NCBI RefSeq assembly: GCF_009914755.1
Contig: NC_060948.1
DNA length: 64,000 bases
Origin: the human T2T-CHM13v2.0 reference genome, Homo sapiens
Strand: one strand, 5' to 3'
Every line of letters starts with the position of its first letter. The first letter of the stretch is position 1. Under the pieces are notes generated by a model. That model was not told the origin of the DNA, ran no database searches, and saw only the letters and a list, made by a program, of their open reading frames with translations. This document shows, piece after piece, positions 13,701-28,700 of this stretch. The translations under genes were made by a program, and so were the position numbers.

Positions 13701-16700
13701 CATCAAACGGAATGGAATGGACAGCCACGGAATGGAATGCACTCGAATGCAATGGAGTCGAAACTAATGGACTGGAATAGAATGGACTCGACTGGTACGG
13801 ACTCCAATGGAATGGAATCGAATGGAAGGGAATCGAACGGAATGGACTCGAAGGGAAAAGACTGCAATGGAAAGGTCTCGAATGGAATGGAAATTAATGG
13901 AATGGAATGGAATCGAATGAAATGGAGTCAAAAGGAATGGAATCGAATGGCAAGAAATCGAATGTAATGGAATCGCAAGGAATTGATGTGAACGGAACGG
14001 AATGGAATGGAATCCAAAGGAATGGAATAGAATGGAATGGAATCGAATGGAAAGGACTCGAATGGAAATCACTCGAATAGAATGCAATTTAATAAAATAG
14101 GATCAAATGTAATGGAATGGAATGGAAAGGAATCGAAACGAAAGGAATGGAGACAGATGGAATGGAATGGAACAGAGAGCAATGGTATAGAATGGAATGG
14201 AATCATCTGGAATGGAATTGAATGGAATGGAATAATATGAAATGGAATGGAATGGAATGGAATGCCCTTGAATTAAATGGACTGGAATGGAATGGACTCG
14301 AACAGAGTGGAATGGAAAGTGTTGAGATAGAATGGAATGGACTCGTTTGGAATGGTCTAGTAGGCAATGCAATCGACTGGCAGGGAATCAAAAGGAATGT
14401 AATGGAATGGATTGGACTGGAATGCAATGGACTCGAATAGATTGGAAACGGAATGCAAAGGAATGGAATGGAATAGTATGGAATGGAATGGAAAGGAATG
14501 CAGTGGAATAGACTAGAGTGGAATGGAATGGACTGGAAAGCAATGGACTGGAATGGAACTTTATTGAATGGACTGGAATCAAACGGAATGGAATGCAATG
14601 CAATCAAATGGCATGGAATAAAATAGAATGAAAGAGAATCAAATGGAATTGAATCGAATGGAATCGAATGGATTGGAAAGGAATAGAATGGAATGGAATG
14701 GAATGGACTAGAATGGAATGGATTCGAATGGAAGGCAAAGGAATGGAATCTATTGGAATGGACTGTAATGGAATGGAATGGAAGGGATTGGAATGGACTC
14801 GAATGGAATGGACTGCAATAGAAAGGATTCGAATGGAATGAAAAAGAATTGAATGGAATAGAACAGAATGGAATCAAATCGAATGAAATGGAATGGAATA
14901 GAAAGGAATGGAATGAAATGGAATGGAAAGGATTCGAATGGAATGCAATCGAATGGAATGGAATCGAACGGAATGGAATAAAATGGAAGAAAACTGGCAA
15001 GAAATGGAATCGAAATGAATGGAGTGTTATGGAACGGACTCAAAAGGAATTGAATGTAATAGAATGGAGTGGAGTGGACTCGAATATAATGGACTGGAAT
15101 GGAATGAAATCACATGGAATGGGAACGAATGGAATGGAATGGAAAGGAATGGAATCGAATGGAAAGGAATCGAATGGAAGGGAATGAAATTGAATCAACA
15201 GGAATGGAAGGGAATAGAATAGACGGTAATGGAATGGACTCGAATAGAATGGACACGAATGCTCAAATTGAATGGACTCGAATGGAATGGAAACGAAAGG
15301 AATGTCATCGAATGGAATTGAATCGATTGGAATGAAATCGCATAGAATGGAGTGGAATCAAATGGAATTGAATCGAAAGGAAAGGAAGCGAATGGACTGA
15401 AATGAAATGGAATGGAATTGAATGGAAAGTAATGCAATGGAATAGAATGGAACGAAATTTCACGGAATGGAATCAAACTGAATGGAATCAAACCAATGGA
15501 ATCAAATCAAATGGAATGGAAAGGAATTGAATGGAGTAGATTGGATTGGATGGGATTGGAATGAAATGTACTGGAAAGGACTCGAATTTCATGAAACGGA
15601 ATGGAATGAATTGGAACGGAACGGACTCGAATGGAATGGAATGTCATGGAATGGCATCAAATGGAATGGCATCAAATGGAATGGAATCGAATGCAATGGA
15701 ATGCTATGGAATGGAATGGAATGCATTTTAATGGAATGTCCTCTAATGGAATGGATTCGAGTGGAATGGAATCGAATATAATGGAGTCGAATGAAATGGA
15801 ATTGAAAGGAATGGGATCGAATACAATGGAATATACTGGAATGTAATGTAATGAACTCGAATGTAATTGACTGGAATGGAATGTACATGAATGGAATGTA
15901 ATCGAATGGAAAGTAATCCAATGGAATAGAATCTAATGCAATAAAATCGACTCAGATAGAGTAGAATGTAATGGAATGGAGTGCAGTGCAATGGAATGGA
16001 ATGGAATGCAATGGAATGGAATGGAATGGAATGGAATGGAATGGAATGGAATGGAATGGTGTGGAATGTATAGTAATGGACTGGAGTGAAATGGACTGGA
16101 AAGGAATGGACTCAAATTGAATGGGCTCGAAAGGAATGGAGTCAAATGGAATGGTCTGGAATGGAATGAACACGAATGTAATGCAATCCAATAGAATGGA
16201 ATCGAATGGCATGGAATATAAAGAAATGGAATCGAAGAGAATGGAAACAAATGGAATGGAATTGAATGGAATGGGAAGGAATGGAGTGAAATTGTATGCA
16301 GTAGAAGAGAATAGAATGGAATGCAAGTGAAAGGAAAGGAATGGATTGGAATGGAATGGAATTCATTGGAATGGAAGGGAATGTAGTGTAATGGACAGGC
16401 CTGGAATAAAGTGGAATGCTACGGTCTCGAATGGTATAAAAATGTATGGAATGGAATGCAATAAAACGGAATCGAATGTCATAGAATGTAATGGAATGCA
16501 AAAAAATGGAATCCAAAATCATTGACTGGAAAGGCTGGGTGTCGAAAGGAATTGACTCCAATGGAATGGAATCGAATGGAATGGAAGTGAATAGAATCGA
16601 ACTAAATCGAATGGAATGGAATTGATAGGAACGGAATGGAAAGGAATGCAATGATTTGGCATGGAATGGAATCGAATGGCATCGAATGGAATGGAATGGA

Positions 16701-19700
16701 ATGCAATGGAATGGAATGTATTAGAATGTAATGAACTTTAATGGAATGTACTCGAATGGATTCGACTGGAATGGAATGTTCTGGAAGTGAATGGACTCCA
16801 ATGGAATGGATTCCAAAGGAATGGAATCGTACGGAATGGAATCTAATGGAATGGAATTAAATGGAAATGAATCAAATTGAATAGCACGGAATTGAATTGA
16901 ATGGAATGGAATGCAATGGAATCTAATGAAACGGAAAGGAAAGGAATGGAATGGAATGGAATGGGCTGGAATGGAAAGGAATCGAAACGAATGCAATGGA
17001 ATCGAACTGAAGAGACTGGAATGGAATGCACTGGAATGGAAGGGAGTGTAATGGAAGGTTCTCGAAAAAAATGGAATGGAATGGAATGGAATTGAATGGA
17101 ACGGAATAGAGTCGAATGGAATTGAATGGAATGGAATGGACTAGAGTGAAATGGAATCGAACCACAAGGAATGGACAGGAATAGAATGGTCTCGAATTGA
17201 ATGGAATCGTATGGAATGGCATCAAACGGAATGGAATGGACAGCCACGGAATGGAATGCACTCGAATGCAATGGAGTCGAAACTAATGGACTGGAATAGA
17301 ATGGACTCGACTGGTACGGACTCCAATGGAATGGAATCGAATGGAAGGGAATCGAACGGAATGGACTCGAAGGGAAAAGACTGCAATGGAAAGGTCTCGA
17401 ATGGAATGGAAATTAATGGAATGGAATGGAATCGAATGAAATGGAGTCAAAAGGAATGGAATCGAATGGCAAGAAATCGAATGTAATGGAATCGCAAGGA
17501 ATTGATGTGAACGGAACGGAATGGAATGGAATCCAAAGGAATGGAATAGAATGGAATGGAATCGAATGGAAAGGACTCGAATGGAAATCACTCGAATAGA
17601 ATGCAATTTAATAAAATAGGATCAAATGTAATGGAATGGAATGGAAAGGAATCGAAACGAAAGGAATGGAGACAGATGGAATGGAATGGAACAGAGAGCA
17701 ATGGTATAGAATGGAATGGAATCATCTGGAATGGAATTGAATGGAATGGAATAATATGAAATGGAATGGAATGGAATGGAATGCCCTTGAATTAAATGGA
17801 CTGGAATGGAATGGACTCGAACAGAGTGGAATGGAAAGTGTTGAGATAGAATGGAATGGACTCGTTTGGAATGGTCTAGTAGGCAATGCAATCGACTGGC
17901 AGGGAATCAAAAGGAATGTAATGGAATGGATTGGACTGGAATGCAATGGACTCGAATAGATTGGAAACGGAATGCAAAGGAATGGAATGGAATAGTATGG
18001 AATGGAATGGAAAGGAATGCAGTGGAATAGACTAGAGTGGAATGGAATGGACTGGAAAGCAATGGACTGGAATGGAACTTTATTGAATGGACTGGAATCA
18101 AACGGAATGGAATGCAATGCAATCAAATGGCATGGAATAAAATAGAATGAAAGAGAATCAAATGGAATTGAATCGAATGGAATCGAATGGATTGGAAAGG
18201 AATAGAATGGAATGGAATGGAATTGACTCAAATGGAATGGACTAGAATGGAATGGATTCGAATGGAAGGCAAAGGAATGGAATCTATTGGAATGGACTGT
18301 AATGGAATGGAATGGAAGGGATTGGAATGGACTCGAATGGAATGGACTGCAATAGAAAGGATTCGAATGGAATGAAAAAGAATTGAATGGAATAGAACAG
18401 AATGGAATCAAATCGAATGAAATGGAATGGAATAGAAAGGAATGGAATGAAATGGAATGGAAAGGATTCGAATGGAATGCAATCGAATGGAATGGAATCG
18501 AACGGAATGGAATAAAATGGAAGAAAACTGGCAAGAAATGGAATCGAAATGAATGGAGTGTTATGGAACGGACTCAAAAGGAATTGAATGTAATAGAATG
18601 GAGTGGAGTGGACTCGAATATAATGGACTGGAATGGAATGAAATCACATGGAATGGGAACGAATGGAATGGAATGGAAAGGAATGGAATCGAATGTAAAG
18701 GAATCGAATGGAAGGGAATGAAATTGAATCAACAGGAATGGAAGGGAATAGAATAGACGGTAATGGAATGGACTCGAATAGAATGGACACGAATGCTCAA
18801 ATTGAATGGACTCGAATGGAATGGAAACGAAAGGAATGTCATCGAATGGAATTGAATCGATTGGAATGAAATCGCATAGAATGGAGTGGAATCAAATGGA
18901 ATTGAATCGAAAGGAAAGGAAGCGAATGGACTGAAATGAAATGGAATGGAATTGAATGGAAAGTAATGCAATGGAATAGAATGGAACGAAATTTCACGGA
19001 ATGGAATCAAACTGAATGGAATCAAACCAATGGAATCAAATCAAATGGAATGGAAAGGAATTGAATGGAGTAGATTGGATTGGATGGGATTGGAATGAAA
19101 TGTACTGGAAAGGACTCGAATTTCATGAAACGGAATGGAATGAATTGGAACGGAACGGACTCGAATGGAATGGAATGTCATGGAATGGCATCAAATGGAA
19201 TGGCATCAAATGGAATGGAATCGAATGCAATGGAATGCTATGGAATGGAATGGAATGCATTTTAATGGAATGTCCTCTAATGGAATGGATTCGAGTGGAA
19301 TGGAATCGAATATAATGGAGTCGAATGAAATGGAATTGAAAGGAATGGGATCGAATACAATGGAATATACTGGAATGTAATGTAATGAACTCGAATGTAA
19401 TTGACTGGAATGGAATGTACGTGAATGGAATGTAATCGAATGGAAAGTAATCCAATGGAATAGAATCTAATGCAATAAAATCGACTCAGATAGAGTAGAA
19501 TGTAATGGAATGGAGTGCAGTGCAATGGAATGGAATGGAATGGAATGCAATGGAATGGAATGGAATGGAATGGAATGGAATGGAATGGTGTGGAATGGAT
19601 AGTAATGGACTGGAGTGAAATGGACTGGAAAGGAATGGACTCAAATTGAATGGGCTCGAAAGGAATGGAGTCAAATGGAATGGTCTGGAATGGAATGAAC

Positions 19701-22700
19701 ACGAATGTAATGCAATCCAATAGAATGGAATCGAATGGCATGGAATATAAAGAAATGGAATCGAAGAGAATGGAAACAAATGGAATGGAATTGAGTGGAA
19801 TGGAATTGAATGGAATGGGAACGAATGGAGTGAAATTGTATGCAGTAGAAGAGAATAGAATGGAATGCAAGCGAAAGGAAAGGAATGGATTGGAATGGAA
19901 TGGAATTCATTGGAATGGAAGGGAATGTAGTGTAATGGACAGGCCTGGAATAAAGTGGAATGCTACGGTCTCGAATGGAATAAAAATGTATGGAATGGAA
20001 TGCAATGAAACGGAATCGAATGTCATAGAATGTAATGGAATGCAAAAAAATGGAATCCAAAATCATTGACTGGAAAGGCTGGGTGTCGAAAGGAATTGAC
20101 TCCAATGGAATGGAATCGAATGGAATGGAAGTGAATAGAATCGAACTAAATCGAATGGAATGGAATTGATAGCAACGGAATGGAAAGGAATGCAATGATT
20201 TGGCATGGAATGGAATCGAATGGCATCGAATGGAATGGAATGGAATGCAATGGAATGGAATGTATTAGAATGTAATGAACTTTAATGGAATGTACTCGAA
20301 TGGATTCGACTGGAATGGAATGTTCTGGAAGTGAATGGACTCCAATGGAATGGATTCAAAAGGAATGGAATCGTACGGAATGGAATCTAATGGAATGGAA
20401 TTAAATGGAAATGAATCAAATTGAATAGCACGGAATTGAATTGAATGGAATGGAATGCAATGGAATCTAATGAAACGGAAAGGAAAGGAATGGAATGGAA
20501 TGGAATGGGCTGGAATGGAAAGGAATCGAAACGAATGGAATGGAATCGAACTGAAGAGACTGGAATGGAATGCACTGGAATGGAAGGGAGTGTAATGGAA
20601 GCTTCTCGAAAAAAATGGAATGGAATGGAATGGAATTGAATGGAACGGAATAGAGTCGAATGGAATTGAATGGAATGGAATGGACTAGAGTGAAATGGAA
20701 TCGAACCACAAGGAATGGACAGGAATAGAATGGTCTCGAATTGAATGGAATCGTATGGAATGGCATCAAACGGAATGGAATGGACAGCCACGGAATAGAA
20801 TGCACTCGAATGCAATGGAGTCGAAACTAATGGACTGGAATAGAATGGACTCGACTGGTACGGACTCCAATGGAATGGAATCGAATGGAAGGGAATCGAA
20901 CGGAATGGACTCGAAGGGACAAGACTGCAATGGAAAGGTCTCGAATGGAATGGAAATTAATGGAATGGAATGGAATCGAATGAAATGGAGTCAAAAGGAA
21001 TGGAATCGAATGGCAAGAAATCGAATGTAATGGAATCGCAAGGAATTGATGTGAACGGAACGGAATGGAATGGAATCCAAAGGAATGGAATAGAATGGAA
21101 TGGAATCGAATGGAAAGGACTCGAATGGAAATCACTCGAATAGAATGCAATTTAATAAAATAGGATCAAATGTAATGGAATGGAATGGAAAGGAATCGAA
21201 ACGAAAGGAATGGAGACAGATGGAATGGAATGGAACAGAGAGCAATGGTATAGAATGGAATGGAATCATCTGGAATGGAATTGAATGGAATGGAATAATA
21301 TGAAATGGAATGGAATGGAATGGAATGGAATGCCCTTGAATTAAATGGACTGGAATGGAATGGACTCGAACAGAGTGGAATGGAAAGTGTTGAGATAGAA
21401 TGGAATGGACTCCTTTGGAATGGTCTAGTATGCAATGCAATCGACTGGTAGGGAATCAAAAGGAATGTAATCGAATGGATTGGACTGGAATGCAATGGAC
21501 TCGAATAGATTGGAAACGGAATGCAAAGGAATGGAATGGAATAGTATGGAATGGAATGGAAAGGAATGGAGTGGAATAGACTAGAGTGGAATGGAATGGA
21601 CTGGAAAGCAATGGACTGGAATGGAACTTTCTTGAATGGACTGGAATCAAACGGAATGGAATGCAATGCAATCAAATGGCATGGAATAAAATAGAATGAA
21701 AGAGAATCAAATGGAATTGAATCGAATGGAATCGAATGGATTGGAAAGGAATAGAATGGAATGGAATGGAATTGACTCAAATGGAATGGACTAGAATGGA
21801 ATGGATTCGAATGGAAGGCAAAGGAATGGAATCTATTGGAATGGACTGTAATGGAATGGAATGGAAGGGATTGGAATGGACTCGAATGGAATGGACTGCA
21901 ATAGAAAGGATTCGAATGGAATGAAAAAGAATTGAATGGAATAGAACAGAATGGAATCAAATCGAATGAAATGGAATGGAATAGAAAGGAATGGAATGAA
22001 ATGGAATGGAAAGGATTCGAATGGAATGCAATCGAATGGAATGGAATCGAATGGAATGGAATAAAATGGAAGAAAACTGGCAAGAAATGGAATCGAAATG
22101 AATGGAGTGTTATGGAACGGACTCAAAAGGAATTGAATGTAATAGAATGGAGTGGAGTGGACTCGAATATAATGGACTGGAATGGAATGAAATCACATGG
22201 AATGGGAACGAATGGAATGGAATGGAAAGGAATGGAATCGAATGGAAAGGAATCGAATGGAAGGGAATGAAATTGAATCAACAGGAATGGAAGGGAATAG
22301 AATAGACGGTAATGGAATGGACTCGAATAGAATGGACACGAATGCTCAAATTGAATGGACTCGAATGGAATGGAAACGAAAGGAATGTCATCGAATGGAA
22401 TTGAATCGATAGGAATGAAATCGCATAGAATGGAGTGGAATCAAATGGAATTGAATCGAAAGGAAAGGAAGCGAATGGACTGAAATGAAATGGAATGGAA
22501 TTGAATGGAAAGTAATGCAATGGAATAGAATGGAACGAAATTTCACGGAATGGAATCAAACTGAATGGAATCAAATCAATGGAATCTAATCAAATGGAAT
22601 GGAAAGGAATTGAATGGAGTAGATTGGATTGGATGGGATTGGAATGAAATGTACTGGAAAGGACTCGAATTTCATGAAACGGAATGGAATGAATTGGAAC

Positions 22701-25700
22701 GGAATGGACTCGAATGGAATGGAATGTCATGGAATGGCATCAAATGGAATGGCATCAAATGGAATGGAATCGAATGCAATGGAATGCTATGGATTGGAAT
22801 GGAATGCATTGGAATGGAACGTCCTCTAATGGAATGGATTCGAGTGGAATGGAATCGAATATAATGGAGTCGAATGAAATGGAATTGAAAGGAATGGGAT
22901 CGAATAGAATGGAATATACTGAAATGTAATGTAATGAACTCGAATGTAATTGACTGGAATGGAATGTACATGAATGGAATGTAATCGAATGGAAAGTAAT
23001 CCAATGGAATAGAATCTAATGCAATAAAACCGACTCAGATAGAGTAGAATGTAATGGAATGGAGTGCAGTGCAATGGAATGGAATGGAATTGAATGCAAT
23101 GGAATGGAATGGAATGGAATGGAATGGAATGGAATGGAATGGAATGGGATGGAATGGTATGGAATGGATAGTAATGGACTGGAGTGAAATGGACTGGAAA
23201 GGAATGGACTCAAATTGAAAGGGCTCGAAAGGAATGGAGTCAAATGGAATGGTCTGGAATGGAATGAACACGAATGTAATGCAATCCAATAGAATGGAAA
23301 CGAATGGCATGGAATATAAATAAATGGAATCGAAGAGAATGGAAACAAATGGAATGGAATTGAATGGAATGGAATTGAATGGAATGGGAACGAATGGAGT
23401 GAAATTGTATGCAGTAGAAGGGAATAGAATGGAATGCAAGCGAAAGGAAAGGAATGGATTGGAATGGAATGGAATTCATTGGAATGGAAGGGAATGTAGT
23501 GTAATGGACAGGCCTGGAATAAAGTGGAATGCTACGGTCTCGAATGGAATAAAAATGTATGGAATGGAATGCAATGAAACGGAATCGAATGTCATAGAAT
23601 GTAATGGAATGCAACAAAATGGAATCCAAAATCATTGACTGGAAAGGCTGGGTGTCGAAAGGAATTGACTCCAATGGAATGGAATCGAATGGAATGGAAG
23701 TGAATAGAATCGAACTAAATCGAATGGAATGGAATTGATAGGAACGGAATGGAAAGGAATGCAATGATTTGGCATGGAATGGAATCGAATGGCATCGAAT
23801 GGAATGGAATGGAATGCAATGGAATGGAATGTATTAGAATGTAATGAACTTTAATGGAATGTACTCGAATGGATTCGACTGGAATGGAATGTTCTGGAAG
23901 TGAATGGACTCCAATGGAATGGATTCAAAAGGAATGGAGTCGTACGGAATGGAATCTAATGGAATGGAATTAAATGGAAATGAATCAAATTGAATAGCAC
24001 GGAATTGAATTGAATGGAATGGAATGCAATGGAATCTAATGAAATGGAAAGGAAAGGAATGCAATGGAATGGAATGGGCTGGAATGGAAAGGAATCGAAA
24101 CGAATGGAATGGAATCGAACTGAAGAGACTGGAATGGAATGCACTGGAATGGAAGGGAGTGTAATGGAAGGTTCTCGAAAAAAATGGAATCGAATGGAAT
24201 GGAATTGAATGGAACGGAATAGAGTCGAATGGAATTGAATGGAATGGAATGGACTAGAGTGAAATGGATTCGAACCACAAGGAATGGACAGGAATAGAAT
24301 GGTCTCGAATTGAATGGAATCGTATGGAATGGCATCAAACGGAATGGAATGGACAGCCACGGAATGGAATGCACTCGAATGCAATGGAGTCGAAACTAAT
24401 GGACTGGAATAGAATGGACTCGACTGGTACGGACTCCAATGGAAGGGAATCGAATGGAAGGGAATCGAACGGAATGGACTTGAAGGGAAAAGACTGCAAT
24501 GGAAAGGTCTCGAATGGAATGGAAATTAATGGAATGGAATGGAATCGAATGAAATGGAGTCAAAAGGAATGGAATCGAATGGCAAGAAATCGAATGTAAT
24601 GGAATCGCAAGGAATTGATGTGAACGGAACGGAATGGAATGGAATCCAAAGGAATGGAATAGAATGGAATGGAATCGAATGGAAAGGACTCGAATGGAAA
24701 TCACTCGAATAGAATGCAATTTAATAAAATAGGATCAAATGTAATGGAATGGAATGGAAAGGAATCGAAACGAAAGGAATGGAGACAGATTTAATGGAAT
24801 AGAACAGAGAGCAATGGTATAGAATGGAATGGAATCATCTGGAATGGAATTGAATGGAATGGAATAATATGAAATGGAATGGAATGGAATGGAATGGAAT
24901 GCCCTTGAATTAAATGGACTGGAATGGAATGGACTCGAACAGAGTGGAATGGAAAGTGTTGAGATAGAATGGAATGGACTCGTTTGGAATGGTCTAGTAT
25001 GCAATGCAATCGACTGGCAGGGAATCAAAAGGAATGTAATCGAATGGATTGGACTGGAATGCAATGGACTCGAATAGATTGCAAACGGAATGCAAAGGAA
25101 TGGAATGGAATAGTATGGAATGGAGTGGAAAGGAAAGGAGTGGAATAGACTAGAGTGGAATGGAATGGACTGGAAAGCAATGGACTGGAATGGAACTTTC
25201 TTGAATGGACTGGAATCAAACGGAATGGAATGCAATGCAATCAAATGGCATGGAATAAAATAGAATGAAAGAGAATCAAATGGAATTGAATCGAATGGAA
25301 TCGAATGGATTGGAAAGGAATAGAATGGAATGGAATGGAATTGACTCAAATTGAATGGATTCGAATGGAAGGCAAAGGAATGGAATCTATTGGAATGGAC
25401 TGTAATGGAATGGAATGGAAGGGATTGGAATGGACTCGAATGGAATGGACTGCAATAGAAAGGATTCGAATGGAATGAAAAAGAATTGAATGGAATAGAA
25501 CAGAATGGAATCAAATCGAATGAAATGGAATGGAATAGAAAGGAATGGAATGAAATGGAATGGAAAGGATTCGAATGGAATGCAATCGAATGGAATGGAA
25601 TCGAACGGAATGGAATAAAATGGAAGAAAACTGGCAAGAAATGGAATCGAAATGAATGGAGTGTTATGGAACGGACTCAAAAGGAATTGAATGTAATAGA

Positions 25701-28700
25701 ATGGAGTGGAGTGGACTCGAATATAATGGACTGGAATGGAATGAAATCACATGGAATGGGAACGAATGGAATGGAATGGAAAGGAATGGAATCGAATGGA
25801 AAGGAATCGAATGGAAGGGAATGAAATTGAATCAACAGGAATGGAAGGGAATAGAATAGACGGTAATGGAATGGACTCGAATAGAATGGACACGAATGCT
25901 CAAATTGAATGGACTCGAATGGAATGGAAACGAAAGGAATGTCATCGAATGGAATTGAATCGATTGGAATGAAATCGCATAGAATGGAGTGGAATCAAAT
26001 GGAATTGAATCGAAAGGAAAGGAAGCGAATGGACTGAAATGAAATGGAATGGAATTGAATGGAAAGTAATGCAATGGAATAGAATGGAACGAAATTTCAC
26101 GGAATGGAATCAAACTGAATGGAATCAAATCAATGGAATCCAATCAAATGGAATGGAGTAGATTGGATTGGATGGGATTGGAATGAAATGTACTGGAAAG
26201 GACTCGAATTTCATGAAACGGAATGGAATGAATTGGAACGGAATGGACTCGAATGGAATGGAATGTCATAGAATGGCATCAAATGGAATGGCATCAAATG
26301 GAATGGAATCGAATGCAATGGAATGCTATGGAATGGAATGGAATGCATTGGAATGGAATGTCCTCTAATGGAATGGATTCGAGTGGAATGGAATCGAATA
26401 TAATGGAGTCGAATGAAATGGAATTGAAAGGAATGGGATCGAATACAATGGAATATACTGGAATGTAATGTAATGAACTCGAATGTAATTGACTGGAATG
26501 GAATGTACATGAATGGAATGTAATCGAATGGAAAGTAATCCAATGGAATAGAATCTAATGCAATAAAATCGACTCAGATAGAGTAGAATGTAATGGAATG
26601 GAGTGCAGTGCAATGGAATGGAATGGAATGGAATGCAATGGAATGGAATGGAATGGAATGGAATGGAATGGAATGGGATGGAATGGTATGGAATGGATGG
26701 TAATGGACTGGAGTGAAATGGACTGGAAAGGAATGGACTCAAATTGAAAGGGCTGGAAAGGAATGGAGTCAAATGGAATGGTCTGGAATGGAATGAACAC
26801 GAAAGTAATGCAATCCAATAGAATGGAATCGAATGGCATGGAATATAATGAAATGGAATCGAAGAGAATGGAAACAAATGGAATGGAATTGAATGGAATG
26901 GAATTGAATGGAATGGGAACGAATGGAGTGAAATTGTATGCAGTAGAAGGGAATAGAATGGAATGCAAGCGAAAGGAAAGGAATGGATTGGAATGGAATG
27001 GAATTCATTGGAATGGAAGGGAATGTAGTGTAATGGACAGGCCTGGAATAAAGTGGAATGCTACGGTCTCGAATGGAATAAAAATGTATGGAATGGAATG
27101 CAATGAAACGGAATCGAATGTCATAGAATGTAATGGAATGCAAAAAAATGGAATCCAAAATCATTGACTGGAAAGGCTGGGTGTCGAAAGGAATTGACTC
27201 CAATGGAATGGAATCGAATGGAATGGAAGTGAATAGAATCGAACTAAATCGAATGGAATGGAATTGATAGGAACGGAATGGAAAGGAATGCAATGATTTG
27301 GCACGGAATGGAATCGAATGGCATCGAACGGAATGGAATGGAATGCAATTGAATGGAACGTATTAGAATGGAATGAACTTTAATGGAATGTACTCGAATG
27401 GATTCGACTGGAATGGAATGTTCTGGAAGTGAATGGACTCCAATGGAATGGATTCAAAAGGAATGGAATCGTACGGAATGGAATCTAATGGAATGGAATT
27501 AAATGGAAATGAATCAAATTGAATAGCATGGAATTGAATTGAATGGAATCGAATGCAATGGAATCTAATGAAACGGAAAGGAAAGGAATGGAATGGAATG
27601 GAATGGGCTGGAATGGAAAGGAATCGAAACGAATGGAATGGAATCGAACTGACGAGACTGGAATGGAATGCACTGGAATGGAAGGGAGTGTAATGGAAGG
27701 TTCTCGAAAAAAATGGAATCGAATGGAATGGAATTGAATGGAACGGAATAGAGTCGAATGGAATTGAATGGAATGGAATGGACTAGAGTGAAATGGAATC
27801 GAACCACAAGGAATGGACAGGAATAGAATGGTCTCGAATTGAATGGAATCGTATGGAATGGCATCAAACGGAATGGAATGGACAGCCACGGAATGGAATG
27901 CACTCGAATGCAATGGAGTCGAAACTAATGGACTGGAATAGAATGGATTCGACTGGTACGGACTCCAATGGAATGGAATCGAATGGAAGGGAATCGAACG
28001 GAATGGACTCGAAGGGAAAAGACTGCAATGGAAAGGTCTCGAATGGAATGGAAATTAATGGAATGGAATGGAATCGAATGAAATGGAGTCAAAAGGAATG
28101 GAATCGAATGGCAAGAAATCGAATGTAATGGAATCGCCAGGAATTGATGTGAACGGAACGGAATGGAATGGAATCCAAAGGAATGGAATAGAATGGAATG
28201 GAATCGAATGGAAAGGACTCGAATGGAAATCACTCGAATAGAATGAAATTTAATAAAATAGGATCAAACGTAATGGAATGGAATGGAAAGGAATCGAAAC
28301 GAAAGGAATGGAGACAGATGGAATGGAATGGAACAGAGAGCAATGGTATAGAATGGAATGGAATCATCTGGAATGGAATTGAATGGAATGGAATAATATG
28401 AAATGGAATGGAATGGAATGGAATGGAATGCCCTTGAATTAAATGGACTGGAATGGAATGGACTCGAACAGAGTGGAATGGAAAGTGTTGAGATAGAATG
28501 GAATGGACTCCTTTGGAATGGTGTAGTATGCAATGCAATCGACTGGCAGGGAATCAAAAGGAATGTAATCGAATGGATTGGACTGGAATGCAATGGACTC
28601 GAATAGATTGGAAACGGAATGCAAAGGAATGGAATGGAATAGTATGGAATGGAATGGAAAGGAATGGAGTGGAATAGACTAGAGTGGAATGGAATGGACT

